From Eledone cirrhosa (taxonomy: Eukaryota): DNA of 64,000 bases. Made by a program: the position numbers and the translations under genes. The stretch's first letter is position 1. Each line of letters begins with the position of its first letter. The notes under the pieces were generated by a model that was not told where the DNA came from, did no database searches, and worked only from the letters and a program-made list of their open reading frames with translations. The DNA is taken from positions 79,980,001 to 80,044,000 of the forward strand of contig OZ024740.1 in the NCBI GenBank assembly GCA_964016885.1, written 5' to 3'. Shown piece after piece: positions 39,491 through 51,800 of the stretch.

Positions 39491-39625
39491 TATTTATTAA
39501 AATAACAGATTAAAGTTTAAGCAAAGAATCACTGCTTTCACTGTTAACGGGATCTTCTGAAGATCCCGTTAAGGGTGAAAGCAGCAATTCTTTGCTTAAA
39601 CTTTAATTTATTATTTTAATAAATA
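39491..39625. repeat. Fold-back palindrome with 67-bp arms and a 1-nt centre, built from a hammerhead-like repeat
   Basis: 39491-39557 is the near-exact reverse complement of 39559-39625. The centre lies inside CTGAAGA, followed by TCCCGTTAAGGGT-GAAA. (TA)n lies on the right. Confidence 0.9.
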
Positions 39626-40329
39626 ACTATATATATATATATATATAATCATCATCATCATCATCACCTTTTAATGTCCATTTTTTCCATTCTAGCATGG
39701 GTTAAATGGCTTGTTCCATTTGAGGCGAATAGGGTCATGTTTTGTTCACACAGAACTGTTCCTTGCTTAGTTTCTAATGCCAACCACTGAGTGTTCTTAT
39801 CTCTTTGAGAGGAGGAGGAAAGAAACAATGGGTGCGGTTGAGAGGCCCCTTCAGTCATGCCATTGTAGGGCAACCTCTCTAGTGTTGGTGATCTACATGA
39901 TAAATGTACCCAGTACACACTGTAAAGTGGTTGGTGATAGGAAAGGCATCCAGATGTAGAAAGCTTGCCCAACAAAAGGCTTGGATGACCCCTCAGTCAT
40001 GTTAATGACATGACAACCTACCTAGTGTTAGTGACCTACATGATAAATGCATTGTGTGTGTATGTACATCCATGTCTGTATTTAATTTTGTGTCTCTGAG
40101 AGATAATTAAAATAAGTAACAGACTTGAAAAAAGAAATACTGGGTTCCATATGATGGACCAAGCTTCTTTAAATCAGTGCCCCAGCATGGCCACTGTCTG
40201 ACTGAAACCAGCAAGAGAATATGAGAATATATGTTGGTGCAGTTGCATGTGGGTAAAATTCTCTCTGTAGCAGCCTTATTTTATTGTATGTTCAAATGTC
40301 ATTGAATTTCTGTGATGTCTTTTATACAG

Positions 40330-40461
40330 ATATTGGATTCGAACGTTTCCTTTCCACTTTGACCTCGACAAACGGTTAAAAGCAATAGTGGAAAGATTTG
40401 GTCAAATTCTTGAAGCAGAAGGCAATACCAATTTCTCCGAATTAATTGATCTTTCTAAAGT
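40330..40461 (+). CDS. RASGRP: RasGRP-like exon, end of REM domain
   Basis: Acceptor ttttatacag. Encodes YWIRTFPFHFDLDKRLKAIVERFGQILEAEGNTNFSELIDLSK(V). Donor gtgagt. Confidence 0.93.
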
Positions 40462-40989
40462 GTGAGTGAAGAAATAATTCATTATATTTGTTAAAATACA
40501 TGTATATACTCTGTTGTCAAGTATATATAGTTTTCACCATATGGTGTATATGGTTTTTCACTATATTGTGTATGTAGTTTGTCAGTATATTGTATATATG
40601 AGTGTTAACCTTCCTAAGACCAATAATTTGGGGAGTATACATTCGCCATTGTGGGTAAATGAATAAAAGTGTATAAATATGTAAATAAAGAATAAGAACG
40701 ACTATAGTCATTATACCCTGTTTAAACACTACATATAGTACTAACTACACATATAGTATTAACTATACATATAGTACAAAAGAAAACAATGATTTGAGGA
40801 AAAAGGAAAAAAGAAATTGAGAAATGGAATGTATATTTCCATATATGTATATTCCATTTGTGCAAAAGAATGAAGGATGACAGGAAAACATATCATTTAT
40901 ACAAATGATATAAGCATTAGCTGTTGTCTCAACTAATGACAATTTGTATGTATGCAAATATGTATGTGTGTGAGTGCAACTACTTTGGT

Positions 40990-41470
40990 GTTCATTCACC
41001 TCTGTCTCTTTCACTCTTTACCTGTTGTGAGGTTTAGTTTTTTGAGATTGGTCTTAATTACCAAGTCCCAAGTCTTCCTGTGTCTCTCATTTCTATGGGT
41101 CCTAGCTACTGAGATTTCTCTGCATTTCTATATGCAGCTGCTATCTTCCATATGCATCACATGGCCATACTAATGCAATCTTCTCTCTTGCACACTATAT
41201 CCAATTTCTTTTATGCCAAGTTTTTCTCTTAGTTCACTTATGCTACTAACATTACACATCCATCACAGCATATTCACTCCATTTCTTTCTAACCTTCTTG
41301 GTCTTTTGTATCAAGGACCATGTCTCATGGACATGTAGTATTGCAGTTTGCATGCAAGCATCATAGTCTACCCTTCACTCTAAAAGAGAAGCCCTTTGTT
41401 GCCATTAGAGGTACCAGCTCACTAAATGTATTCCAGCCTCTACTTATTCTGGCCAGCACACTCTCAGAGA
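40990..41470 (-). mobile_element. Degraded RTE 3' fragment (similar pieces at 4380-4680 +, 10900-11085 -, 15540-15990 +, 17400-17810 -, 30375-30590 -)
   Basis: Recognisable PL..KGFSL, ETW and WYGHV coding remnants shared with the 55700 and 62351 elements. Confidence 0.75.
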
Positions 41471-41580
41471 ATCCTTAATGTCCCAAAATAACTCTTGACA
41501 AAGAAAAACTGCATAAAATTTGATTTGTATTTCTTGAATTAGTTGTTAATTATATATTTTTAAATTCTCTCTTTCCACAG

Positions 41581-41731
41581 ACCTTCTTATGACTGGATGC
41601 GTTGTATGTCTGTGAGAAATTCCTCTGTTCGACATTCCAGAAAAGTATCGCTTGTTTTTGACCATTTAAAACCAGAAGAATTGGCTGAACAACTAACATG
41701 TTTAGAATATAAAGTCTTTCGTAGAATTAAT
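41581..41731 (+). CDS. RASGRP: RasGRP-like exon, linker and start of CDC25/RasGEF domain
   Basis: Acceptor ctctctttccacag. PSYDWMRCMSVRNSSVRHSRKVSLVFDHLKPEELAEQLTCLEYKVFRRIN carries the RasGRP signature PSYDW...SL.FDHL.P.ELAE.LT.LE. Donor gtgagt. Confidence 0.96.
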
Positions 41732-41992
41732 GTGAGTAAACCATATAGAATTTTGGTTATTATTTAATTTTTCTTGGCAAAAATATAAAAGTTAATGATT
41801 TACAGTTATTTTGATGTTCATTTTCTGACTAAATTTTCATATTTGATACCTGGGACTGAACTGTGACACTGGTAAATCAACTTAACTCTCTGTGGTTCAG
41901 TTCATCAAATTTTGAAATAGTTACACGAAGATGCACAATCTATTAGTGAACACATTGCATACCAGTTACATATATATATATATATATTATAT

Positions 41993-42025
<33 letters not shown>

Positions 42026-42167
42026 TAAAGAGTTAAACAAGATTCAATGAGTACATCAAAGAATGAGTTTTACAGTAGATTGGAAGCACTCTACAAAAAA
42101 ATATTTTCCAGAGTTATTAATATTAAAATACAAATATTAATAAAATAGATTTCTTTTGATCAATTAA

Positions 42168-42220
42168 ATTTTATTATACATATTTCAGAGGTACAACAGT
42201 ACGTCCTCATCAGACAAAAT
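42168..42220 (-). ncRNA. Minimal type I hammerhead motif, left arm of a palindrome
   Basis: On minus: AUUUUGU-CUGAUGA-GGACGUAC(UGUU)GUACCUCU-GAAA-UAUGUA-UA/AUAAAAU. Stem I is 7 bp and stem II pairs at 7 of 8 positions. Confidence 0.78.
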
Positions 42221-42266
42221 ATAAACCATTTAACCATTTAACATCTCAGGGTATGTCATGTATCAT

Positions 42267-42319
42267 ATTTTGTCTGATGAGGACGAACTGTTGTACTTCT
42301 GAAATATGTATAATAAAAT
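42267..42319 (+). ncRNA. Minimal type I hammerhead motif, right arm of a palindrome
   Basis: Same motif as 42168-42220 with two stem II substitutions. Core CUGAUGA (42274) and GAAA (42301) are intact. Confidence 0.7.
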
Positions 42320-42589
42320 TTAATTGATCAAAAGAACATCTATTTTATTAATATTGGCAGTATCGGTAGAGGGTCGGACGCCATGCTTTCAAGCATAGTT
42401 ACCTCCCTTTATGATCTGAGTTCAATTCCCGCCGAGGTTAACTTTGACTTTCATCCTTACAGGGTCGATAAAATAAAGTACCAGTAATACACTGGGATAA
42501 TTGCTGGCCTTGTGCCAAAAGTAGAAACAATTATATATAATATTATATTATATTATATTATATATATATATATATATATCACCACCCCC

Positions 42590-42906
42590 ACCCCATCCAC
42601 ACCGCCCCCTTCTATGTAAAGTTATGTTGGTGCCACACCATCCAGGCCGAAACAAATGAGATCGTGTAGGTGTCACGACAAAAAAACGCACAGTCCACGC
42701 TGTAATGTGGCCGTGTAGGTAACACGGTAAAAACCTCCCAGACCCACACTGTAAATGTGGTTGGTGTTAGGAAGGGCATCCAACTGTAGAAAACCTGCCA
42801 GACAGTCCTATGCGAGCAAGACAATCACTCTTGCCTCAAGTGGGAAAACCCCCGTCCAAACCCATGCAAGCGTGGAACACGGACGTTAAACGTTGATGAT
42901 GATGAT
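42590..42906 (+). mobile_element. Isolated 3' end of the same young RTE as 55700-59790, in opposite orientation
   Basis: Near-identical reverse complement of 55705-56030. The ORF track gives almost the same 70-aa peptide at both sites. Confidence 0.93.
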
Positions 42907-42999
42907 ATATATATATATGCATGCTAGCAGGGAAAGCTGACGTTAAATGATGCTGATATATATATATGTGTGTGTGTGTGTGTGGGTGTGTCTTTGATA

Positions 43000-43810
43000 G
43001 TTGTTTGCCCACTTATTCCTGAGAGGGTCGGGTGGGGTCAGAGTCATCAAACACTCCTTCCAGCGGGTCCTGTCAGAAGCAACTGTCTCCAACTGATCCG
43101 GCTGGATCTCCAAGTGAGACCATCTTGCTCAGGGTCTACCCCTGGGTTTTCTCCTGGTTGGTTTTGCTCATAAAATCTGTCCAGCGATTCTTTCCTGAGA
43201 CATTCTAACCACCTGCCCATAATATCGGAGCAGTGATTTCTCAATTTGGAGAAGTATTGGTTCTACTTGATCTCCAAACTATGCACTCTGTCGAGTAAAA
43301 TTACTCCAAAGACCCTTCGGAGGAACCTCCTTTCGGCTGTTTGTATTTGCAATTTGATTCTTTCGGTCATTACCCAAGATTCATGACCATAGGTAAGGTT
43401 TGGCCTGAATACCGAATTGAAGATAGCGAGTTTGGCTTTTATGCCTATCTCCCTTCTGATTACTGAATGCTGAAGCTGGCACATTACTGCATCAACTCCT
43501 GCAATTATGCACTTAATTCAGCCTCCTGCCTTTCATCACTCATGAACATGGCCCTGCGATACTTGAACTTCTCTACCTGCTTTAGTGGGACTCCATTTAC
43601 ATGTACCATGCACTGTGCAGGCTTCCTTGAGAGGATGAGTGTTTCAGTTTATGCAGCACTGATTTTCATTTCAGCCATAGAACACTAGGCATCAAACCTA
43701 TCGAGTGCAGTCGTAACACCATATTGTCTACAAATTCCAGCCGACTGGTTTTTACATCCGCCAGTCATGATACCACTTCCAACCTAGCTGCGCATGTCAA
43801 TCGTGATACT
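43000..43810 (-). mobile_element. RTE-clade LINE 3' fragment, second family (other copies at 4860-5660 minus and 16395-16705 plus)
   Basis: KAKLAIFNSVFRPNLTYGHESWVMT...RRFLRRVFGVILLDRV. Clear nucleotide similarity among the three copies. Confidence 0.85.
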
Positions 43811-43879
43811 GCACAGAATAATATATAATGTGTAATTGTTATAAGTAATAAAACAATTTTTAACACTTGAGGAAAAATA

Positions 43880-44040
43880 TAATATAAAAATATTGTTTAT
43901 AATTTGGATCTAGCACTTTCATCTTTCATGAGATTTATCAAGATATATATTTAGGAGTTAATAACAATTAAATTTCTGTCTTGATATGTCTTGGGAAAGA
44001 CGAAAGCACTTGATCCAAATTATAAACAGTTTTATTATTA
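43880..44040. repeat. Diverged fold-back palindrome with a decayed hammerhead-like pair
   Basis: Arms at ~43894-43943 and ~43979-44028. The right arm has a GTCTT-GGGA-AAGAC stem then GAAA-GCAC, but its CUGANGA box is degenerate. Confidence 0.7.
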
Positions 44041-44051
44041 TATATGTTGAC

Positions 44052-44310
44052 CATCATCATCATCACCGTTTTATGTCCGTTTTTCCACGCTAGCATGGGT
44101 TAGACGAGTTGTCCTGTTGTGGGCAGTGTCTGGTCGGCTGACCATGCCTTGCTCATACAGGAACTGATTTTGGCTTGGTTTCTACAGCTGGATGCCCTTC
44201 CTAACACCAACCTCATTTACAGTGAGTGCTGGGTGCTTTTTTTCCGTGGCGCCTACACGTCCACTTTACAGTGTGGGCTGGGTGCTTTTTTGCCATGACA
44301 CCTCCACGAC
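44052..44310 (-). mobile_element. RTE 3' UTR copy or RTE-tailed SINE segment
   Basis: Near-identical to 62357-62617. Related tails at 24420-24580, 24770-24922, 38700-38865 and, inverted, at 63955-64000. Confidence 0.85.
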
Positions 44311-44478
44311 CACTCATTTTTACAGCTGAGTAAACTGGAGCAATGTGAAATAAAATGTCTTGCTCAAGGAAACAACATGTCACCCGGTCTGAGAATTGAG
44401 CTCACAACCTTTTGATTGCAAGCCCAATGCTCTAACCACTAAGCCATGCATGTTAAACAGTGTTTTATTATTTCTTAC

Positions 44479-44516
<38 letters not shown>

Positions 44517-44655
44517 TCTTTTACTTGTTCCAGCCATCTGGCTGAGGCTATGCTGGGGCACCACCCTTGAAAAAGGTTGCATGTATCTTTTGACCAGGAT
44601 TGAACCCAAGGTCAGGATCTCCATCATCTGTAGTGCCTGCCGCTAAGCCACAGAG

Positions 44656-44689
<34 letters not shown>

Positions 44690-44693
<4 letters not shown>

Positions 44694-44815
44694 AATAAAA
44701 AGTAAACAGAAATAACAAAGCAAATGATACAGTACATTGAAGAAATATATTAGTTTAACTTTTGAAATAGCAGGAAAAGTCTTAACATGTCGGACTTTAG
44801 TGCTTCATCAGAAGA
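44690..44815 (-). mobile_element. Decayed copy of the 16836 hammerhead-bearing Penelope-like terminal repeat
   Basis: On minus: ucuu-CUGAUGA-a-gcac-uaaa-gucc-GACA-uguu-aaga, followed by a tail similar to 16872-16960 that ends in (TA)n. Confidence 0.7.
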
Positions 44816-45555
44816 TAGTTTGAAATAGAAAATGAGGAAGGAATGGGAAAAAAAACGTGTATTCAGTCAGCCATTTTGGAGACATGATGTGATCTATACC
44901 ACATATGCATTTCTACTCATGTCTTTTTTTTACCATATTACATACTTTTGCAGAAGGAGTGATATGAAAATTGATAATTCATTTATATGTATGTGCATAT
45001 ATGCAGATATATATGTATATGCAAGTGTAGTAATATATGGATAGTTATAGATGCATTTGGATCTGATCAAACTTTCCTTTAAGAAACACAAGAAAAGTTG
45101 TTTTGTGTGAATATTCATATGTCTATGTATATACGTTTCTTTTAAGAAATATAAGCCATATATATGGTGCATTATAACATTGCTGTTCCAAGTTTTGGAA
45201 GTTTAATTTATGTATGTATTTATTTTCTTGTTTATTCATTCATTTACAAGCTATTCTTTTTTAATGTGTAGACATACATATTTATCTGAAATGGTATTGA
45301 ATCACACATGTAATTTCTGTATCAATTAACTTCCCTTTATCAAATGATGTCGATTTGATTTTTACTTTCTTTGGCTACCATGAGGTATTTTTTCCTCTGA
45401 ATTTATTTGTTCTAGCTATCTTTTTAAATTTTAACTATTATTTAAATTGAAATGTCTTGCAATCTTCTGAAATTTTTTTAATACTTTCCTCTATTGCATC
45501 CTTCACCACTATTTCCATCTTTTTCAGTTTTTCATGTTTTTTCTTTTCATTACAG

Positions 45556-45729
45556 TTCACTGATTTTAAAAATTATGCTTTAACTGCCTCTCTCAAAGAG
45601 AATCCTAAATTAGAACGATCTATAGCTTTATTTAATGGACTTTCCCAGTGGGTACAGTGCATGGTTCTGAACAGAACAACACCAGCTCAAAGGGCAGAGG
45701 TGATTGTGAAATTTATAAATGTGGCACAA
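45556..45729 (+). CDS. RASGRP: RasGRP-like exon, RasGEF domain
   Basis: 174 nt in phase 0-0 encoding [58 protein letters not shown]. Donor gtaaga. Confidence 0.96.
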
Positions 45730-45994
45730 GTAAGATATTTACTATTTGTTTCTTTTGTTAGTTTTATCAAGAAACCCTGACTATTACGATTATTATTATT
45801 ATTTCTCTTTTACTTTTGTTTTGCTGGTTTCCATCACTGAACTGTGACTAAACTGGGTCACCATCTTCCAGGGTTATAATATCAATTCTAGTGTATATAT
45901 TTTACAGCTCTTGGCAAAGAATGAAATGCAAGATGACTGGATATAAGCAGTAGTAACCAGCATGGATAAATATATCACCAGATATTTTAATTCA

Positions 45995-46441
45995 AAGCAG
46001 CATTATTTTGCCATCCTATGTGTTAGATTTACAATTGTGTATGTTGTGTGCATTGAAACCTTAAGCTTCTTAGGAATAGTGCTAATTGACTTTCTGGAGT
46101 TCTTATTGATAATTTTCTGTGCCTTTTGTACAAATTTGGGTGTTATGGTGGTATTAGGACCCTTAGCAGGTATTTCACATGTTGCTATTGCTGTAGGATC
46201 CCTGTCAGCAGCTTCTAGCACTTTACAAACTTTGACAACAAACAATCGTGCAATTTTCAAGAAGCAAGCAATTTCCAAATCACTATGCTCTGCATTTAAG
46301 GCAACAATTACTGTTCCTTTTCATTTGCTGAGTTAGCTTGATGTTTGTCATTATTTATCTCAAAAGAAATGATAACCAGAACAAATTAGAAAAAAAGTTA
46401 GTTATTAAAAATGTGTCCTCAAAGAACTGAGCTGCCCGGTA
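45995..46441 (-). mobile_element. Tc1/mariner-superfamily transposase N-terminal (HTH) fragment
   Basis: EIACFLKIARLFVVKV...TPKFVQKAQKIINKNSRKSISTIPKKLKVS resembles Tc1/mariner paired HTH regions. No DDE domain is present. Confidence 0.6.
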
Positions 46442-46689
46442 TAATACTAGTTATGTACTGAGGTAGAGCTAATCAAGTTAAAACCCTCCTTAAAATGTGT
46501 GGTCTTATGCCTATGTTAGAAATCAGTATTATTATTGTAACTGTAGGATGGTACCAAGAACCTGGAGAAGACTGTACTTTTTTTGCTGTATCGGAGTAGT
46601 CCAGTGTTGTGTATGGTGTGTTCTAAATCACACTCTATAGTGTAACCCCACCATTTTGGTTTATCTTTATTTGTTCTTATTGTTTCCCA

Positions 46690-47250
46690 GGCAGTTTGGT
46701 TTTATGTCTGGGAGAAGTACTACAGATGCCCCCTTCCTAGTGAGACAACTACAAGAGAAGTTTCTCATTAACAATAAGCTGCTATATTTAACTTTTGTTG
46801 ATCTAGAAAAGGCTTTTGACAGAGTACCTCAATCTGATACCTGGTAGTCCTTAAGAAAATTAGGTATAGAAGAATGGCTTGTGAGAGCAATGCAAGTCAT
46901 GTACAAATGAGCTGTCAGTAAAGTGAGAGTAGGAAGTGAGTTTAATGAAGAATTCAAGGTACAGGTAGTTCATCAGGGTTTGGTTGTCAGCCCTCTGCTG
47001 TTTATGAAAGTTCTCCAGGCTTTAACAGAGGAGTTTAAGACTGGCTGTCCATGGGAACTTCTCTGGTCTTTATAGCTGAATTCATAAGAGCTAGAGAATA
47101 CGTTCCAACTATAGAAACAGATTTTACCATCAAAGCTAAAGTATTGATAAGCGGGAAAGAAGACAGGACCCTGATCCCATCAGAGAAATGGCCCTGCTTG
47201 ATATACAGAAAAGGAGCAGGCATAAACATTATATAGTGTACACAATGTAA
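46690..47250 (+). mobile_element. Degraded RTE RT fragment
   Basis: QFGFMSGRSTTDA..VRQLQEKFL..FVDLEKAFDRVP, with stops and deletions. Confidence 0.9.
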
Positions 47251-47616
47251 ATCATGCTTTACAGTATTTGTTCTAGCTTTTTACATTGTGTTCAAAATTT
47301 ATTGAAGTCAATTTTGCCTTTTATTCTCCTTAGTTAATAAAATAAGGTACAAGTCAGGTATTTTCCCATCTCCCCCAAATTGCTGACCTTGTGCCTAAAT
47401 TTAAAACCATTAGAGTTGAAATCCCACCAAGGTCAATTTTGCTTTTCACCCTTCTGAGGTCAATAAAATAAAGTTCCAGTAATGTACTGGGTTGATTTAA
47501 TAAACTTTCGATTTCCCTAGAATTGGTGGCCTTGTGCCTAAATCAGAAATCATTATTATTGTAATTATTTTTATAATTATTTACTTTTTATTTTATGTTC
47601 TTAAACTATTTTCCAG

Positions 47617-47831
47617 AAACTTCGAAATTTACAGAACTTCAATACTTTAATGGCTGTGGTTGGTGGTCTGACACATAGTGCTCTTGCTCGACTTAGTAAG
47701 ACTAATGCTTGTCTGTCTTCAGATACACAGAAACTCCTCATAGAACTGACAGAATTACTGTCTACTAACAACAATTTTAGTAATTACCGGCGCCAATATC
47801 AACAATGTACGGGTTTTCGAGTACCTATATT
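47617..47831 (+). CDS. RASGRP: RasGRP-like exon, RasGEF catalytic core
   Basis: Encodes KLRNLQNFNTLMAVVGGLTHSALARLSKT...NNNFSNYRRQYQQCTGFRVPI(L), with the CDC25 motif NFNTLMAVVGGL. Donor gtaagt. Confidence 0.97.
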
Positions 47832-48631
47832 GTAAGTGGACAGAACACTTATTTACTAATTGTAAGCCTTTTTTTTTAAAGTTCTGTAGGTGTGGTAAGT
47901 TAGTGTTGCATTTTGGTTATGCTTTTTCTCTCTCTCTTCTTTATTAACATATTGTTTTTGCTCATACAGATTTTGCTTTGTTTTAAAACTAGTTTTCATT
48001 CAACTCCCCATGGTTTTATAGTTATGGATGCAGATAATCCTTTAAATACATACAAACCTTACAAACCAGCTTGAGACTGCCTGTAGTCCTAAGATAAACA
48101 CTGTTACATTTAAAAAAATTTTATATTTAAATTAAAAACTTCTATTATAATTTTTTGTAACAACATCCTGTTATTTTCCCAACACCAATTTAATACTATA
48201 ATGATGATGATCATCATTGTTTTGCTGCTATTAAATTAATTTACCAAATTCTTTCAAATTTCAAATTCTTTTCAAAGATGACTGAAACACATAAGCAATG
48301 TATTTCTTTAGGAAAATGGTAATAAAAGCACACAGAAATTCACTTTATAATAATTGTTTTTACTTTTGGCACAAGGCCAGCAATCACCCAGTGCATTACT
48401 GGTACTTTATTTTATCAACCCCGTAAGGATGAAAGGCAAAGTTAACCTCGGCGGGATTTGAACTTGAGGTTCTGGATTTGATTCCACTGAATGGTATCTT
48501 GAGCAAGTGTCTTTGGATCAACCCAATCCTTGTGAGGGAAATTGGGTTAATGGAAACAGTTTAGAAACCTATAACAGTGTTATGCTGAATCTCCTTGAGA
48601 ACTGCATTTAGGGTACACATATCTGAGATAT

Positions 48632-48872
48632 TTAGCCCTTTAGTTACCAACCTGGCCAAAACTGGTTCTGGTTCTATGAAATAAAATCATCCATTTTTAA
48701 AGTTTCCAATTTAAATTAAAATCTTCCAACATAATTTTATATAGGAACCTTACATTAATTTATTAGCTTAGTAAAGAAATGATTAATAATTTTAGTTAAT
48801 CCCTAAAAAGTCTTCATTAATTAATTGAAATAAGAATGTATTTGATTAGAAATATGGTCATGAAAGAGTTAA
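48632..48872 (+). mobile_element. piggyBac-like MITE, family 2, inserted into a SINE
   Basis: Matches the 14335 element, and SINE sequence continues on both sides. Confidence 0.82.
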
Positions 48873-51800
48873 TCACTCACATGCTAATTTCTTTAGAACA
48901 TTCATCAGAATTTAATGAAGGCTCATTTTATTGATGGGATAATTTTTTTTTTCTTTTAATTCTTTTTAGCAAATTATAATTCTGTCTCATTTGTGGCTCT
49001 ATTGTTTTTTTAACTTTCTATGGTGGTGTCTTGGAATGGCCATGGTCCAAAGGCTGGAAACCAGTAAAAGTGTGGATAAATGTTTGTGTTATTAAGAAGC
49101 TGGCTTAGCAATCAAATAGTTCTGAGTTTGATCCCACTTTGCAGCATCTTGGGCAAGAAGTATTTTCTACCATAGTCTCAGGTTGATCAATGTCTTGTGA
49201 GTGAAGTTTAGTTGACAGAAACTGTGTGAAGGCTATTGTACATCATTAACATAGTTCAACGTTCATTTTTCCATGCTCTCATGGGTTTGACAGGTTATGT
49301 TATGAAACAAGTCAGTCAGATGACCACATCTTCCTCTGTATTTTGGTTTGCTTTCTACAACTGGATATCCTTCCTAATGACAATCATGTTACAGTGGAGA
49401 CTGGGTGCTTTTTATCTTGGCACCAAAATGAGCATTTAACTGGGTGCTTTTGTTGTTGTGGTACTAGATCACCATACAGGTAGGACATAAACCATGCCGT
49501 AAACTCAGCCAATCTGAGATTTGTTTAAAAGGTAGGAACATAAAACTCTGAGTTACATGATGCTGTAAGTTAGAACTATGTATAACTCTCTATATTAAAT
49601 ATTTACTATTTAGAAGAAGGGTTTGATATGTTGGTAGATGCCATTTTAGTGGTTATGTGGTTGGTTATTGTGGTTTTTATAATTGTTGTTAAGTTGTCAA
49701 TTGTTGGTCATTGAGTTGTAGTGGGTTTTACATGTTGATTAATGTTGTTAAAAAACGACCAGGAACAGTGAATTTAAGACCAACAAGGAAGCCAAATTGT
49801 TAATTTTTATTTTTTTTATTTGAGGCATGGTGTATGATGACACCACAAAATGTATGTAACACAACCAGAATATGTAAAAGGTTTCATATAACACAGTGTT
49901 TCAACAAGTTGCTGGATGTAGTGTTCAGATAAAAGCATTTTATTGCAATGTGTTAGAAATTTCTGAGTGAATGCAGATACATTGATTGAGATAAGATGTT
50001 GCCTTACACATGACAGATTTACTGGCCTAGTTGCAGCATATCCTTAATGAGTGGTGACTGCTACAGCCAGGCATTGGTTGTCAACTCTGCTAGAGACCAA
50101 CAGAGTGAGAAGAAGAGAGTAAAACTAGCTTGATTTGGTTTAAATACCCATAGATTTCATGATAGCTATTTCCGGTTATGAAGTTATATACGCACACACA
50201 GAGAATGAACTTCTGCCCTGTTTCCATCTATCAAATTCACTTATAATGTATTGGTTGGCCTGTATTCAAAGATATTGAGAATAAGAGAAATATTCTACTT
50301 ACACACACATTTAAAAGTAAGTTATGTGTGTGTGTATGTGTGTGTGTGTCTTTTGTTGTTGATTGAAGGCACATGGCTTAATGGCTAGTGTGTTCAGCTC
50401 TTAATTGTAAGGTTGTGGCTTCGATTCCTGGTAGTGTGTTGTGTCCTTGAGCAAGACACTTTATTTCAAAAGTGACTGGTCTATTAGAAACCTCTAATCC
50501 ATGATTTAATTCATAAAAACATGCATGGTAACTCAGCAATGGAGTAGGATTTGAACCTTGTTTTTGTCTATCCACCCAGATAATCTGTAGTAAGCAGAGT
50601 TATCGGCCTTGTTCAGCCACTTTACTATATTGCTAATGAAAGACACTGCCTATGGTTTTGAACTGATTTTGAAAATAATCAGGAATTTAAATGGATTTAG
50701 TGAGAAACCAACTTTCTCATGGTTGGTGTTTAGAGCAGAACTTAAAGGTCTTTGCATAAAAATATTAAGGAAGGTTTTTTAGATAAATATAAACATTTAA
50801 AAATAAACAGTTTTGTATCAAAGAATCAAGAGTGGTTTCAGGTAGTTTGGTATGAAGTGTTAAACCAATGCAACCAGTAGGATAGTGTAGGTTGCTAGCA
50901 TCTGTGACAAGGCAAGTATTGTACCTCCTAACTAGTGAACTGCTATCATTCTCTCAATCCCTTCCATCGGTCCACCATTGAATCCCTTACCATCAAGCAT
51001 ATATATTGTATTTTCAGAAAATACTGATGCAATTAAAATAAAATACATTTAACCATTTAGCATTTAAACCGGCCGTATCCGTCCAGAATTCTCTCACCTC
51101 TTTCTGTTTAAATCGGCTGTAACTGGCCACTCATACTTATGTTAAAGTATTGTTCCCAAAATAAATATCATCAAAATCTCATAAATTCGATATTATGTGA
51201 GATTATTATGTGAGATAAAGCCTTTACCACAAAAATAGAATAATAAATATAGAGTAATGTAAATGTACTCAAATTTATTTTAAATTGCCTGTTTTTAATT
51301 TGTTCCAGTTTTTCAGAAAGAGTATTAAAACATCCATTGAACCCCCTCACTTGTTATTATTACTAAGTTATTTAATGGCAGTGGATTGGCAGAATTGGTA
51401 GTGCCAGCCACCATGCTTTGCGGCATAGTTATGGCCCTTGATGTTCTGAGTTCAAATCCCACTGAGGTTAGCTATGCCTTTGATCCTTATAAAATAAAGT
51501 AGCAGTAACACACTGGGGTCAATTTAATTGACTTTCCTCTCCCCATCAAAATTGCTGGCCTTGTGCCTAAATCTGAAACCATTATTACTAGATTACTGAG
51601 TTTTTCTTGGCCAGTTTGTAAATCTCTGACACATTTTGATTAATTTAGGTTTTGAAAAACTTCTTCCACAACTGGCCTTTGAAATAGTGAGAGTTAAATG
51701 ATTGTATACAGGATAGGGTATGCTATTTTAAAGAAATTTATTACTGCTACCCTATTAAATTTTGTTGTCTAAGAATTTTGTACTCCCTAAAAATGTTGTG

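Larger units (their letters stand above)
42133..42355. repeat. Fold-back palindrome with ~90-bp arms, each carrying a hammerhead
   Basis: Arms at 42133-42222 and 42265-42355 differ at only a few positions. Confidence 0.92.

Noticed and set aside
46660-46850. Acceptor-like ttcccag before a sense RTE RT fragment (possible exonisation)
   Set aside because: The flanking RasGRP exons join perfectly without it and the RT frame stops at 46847.
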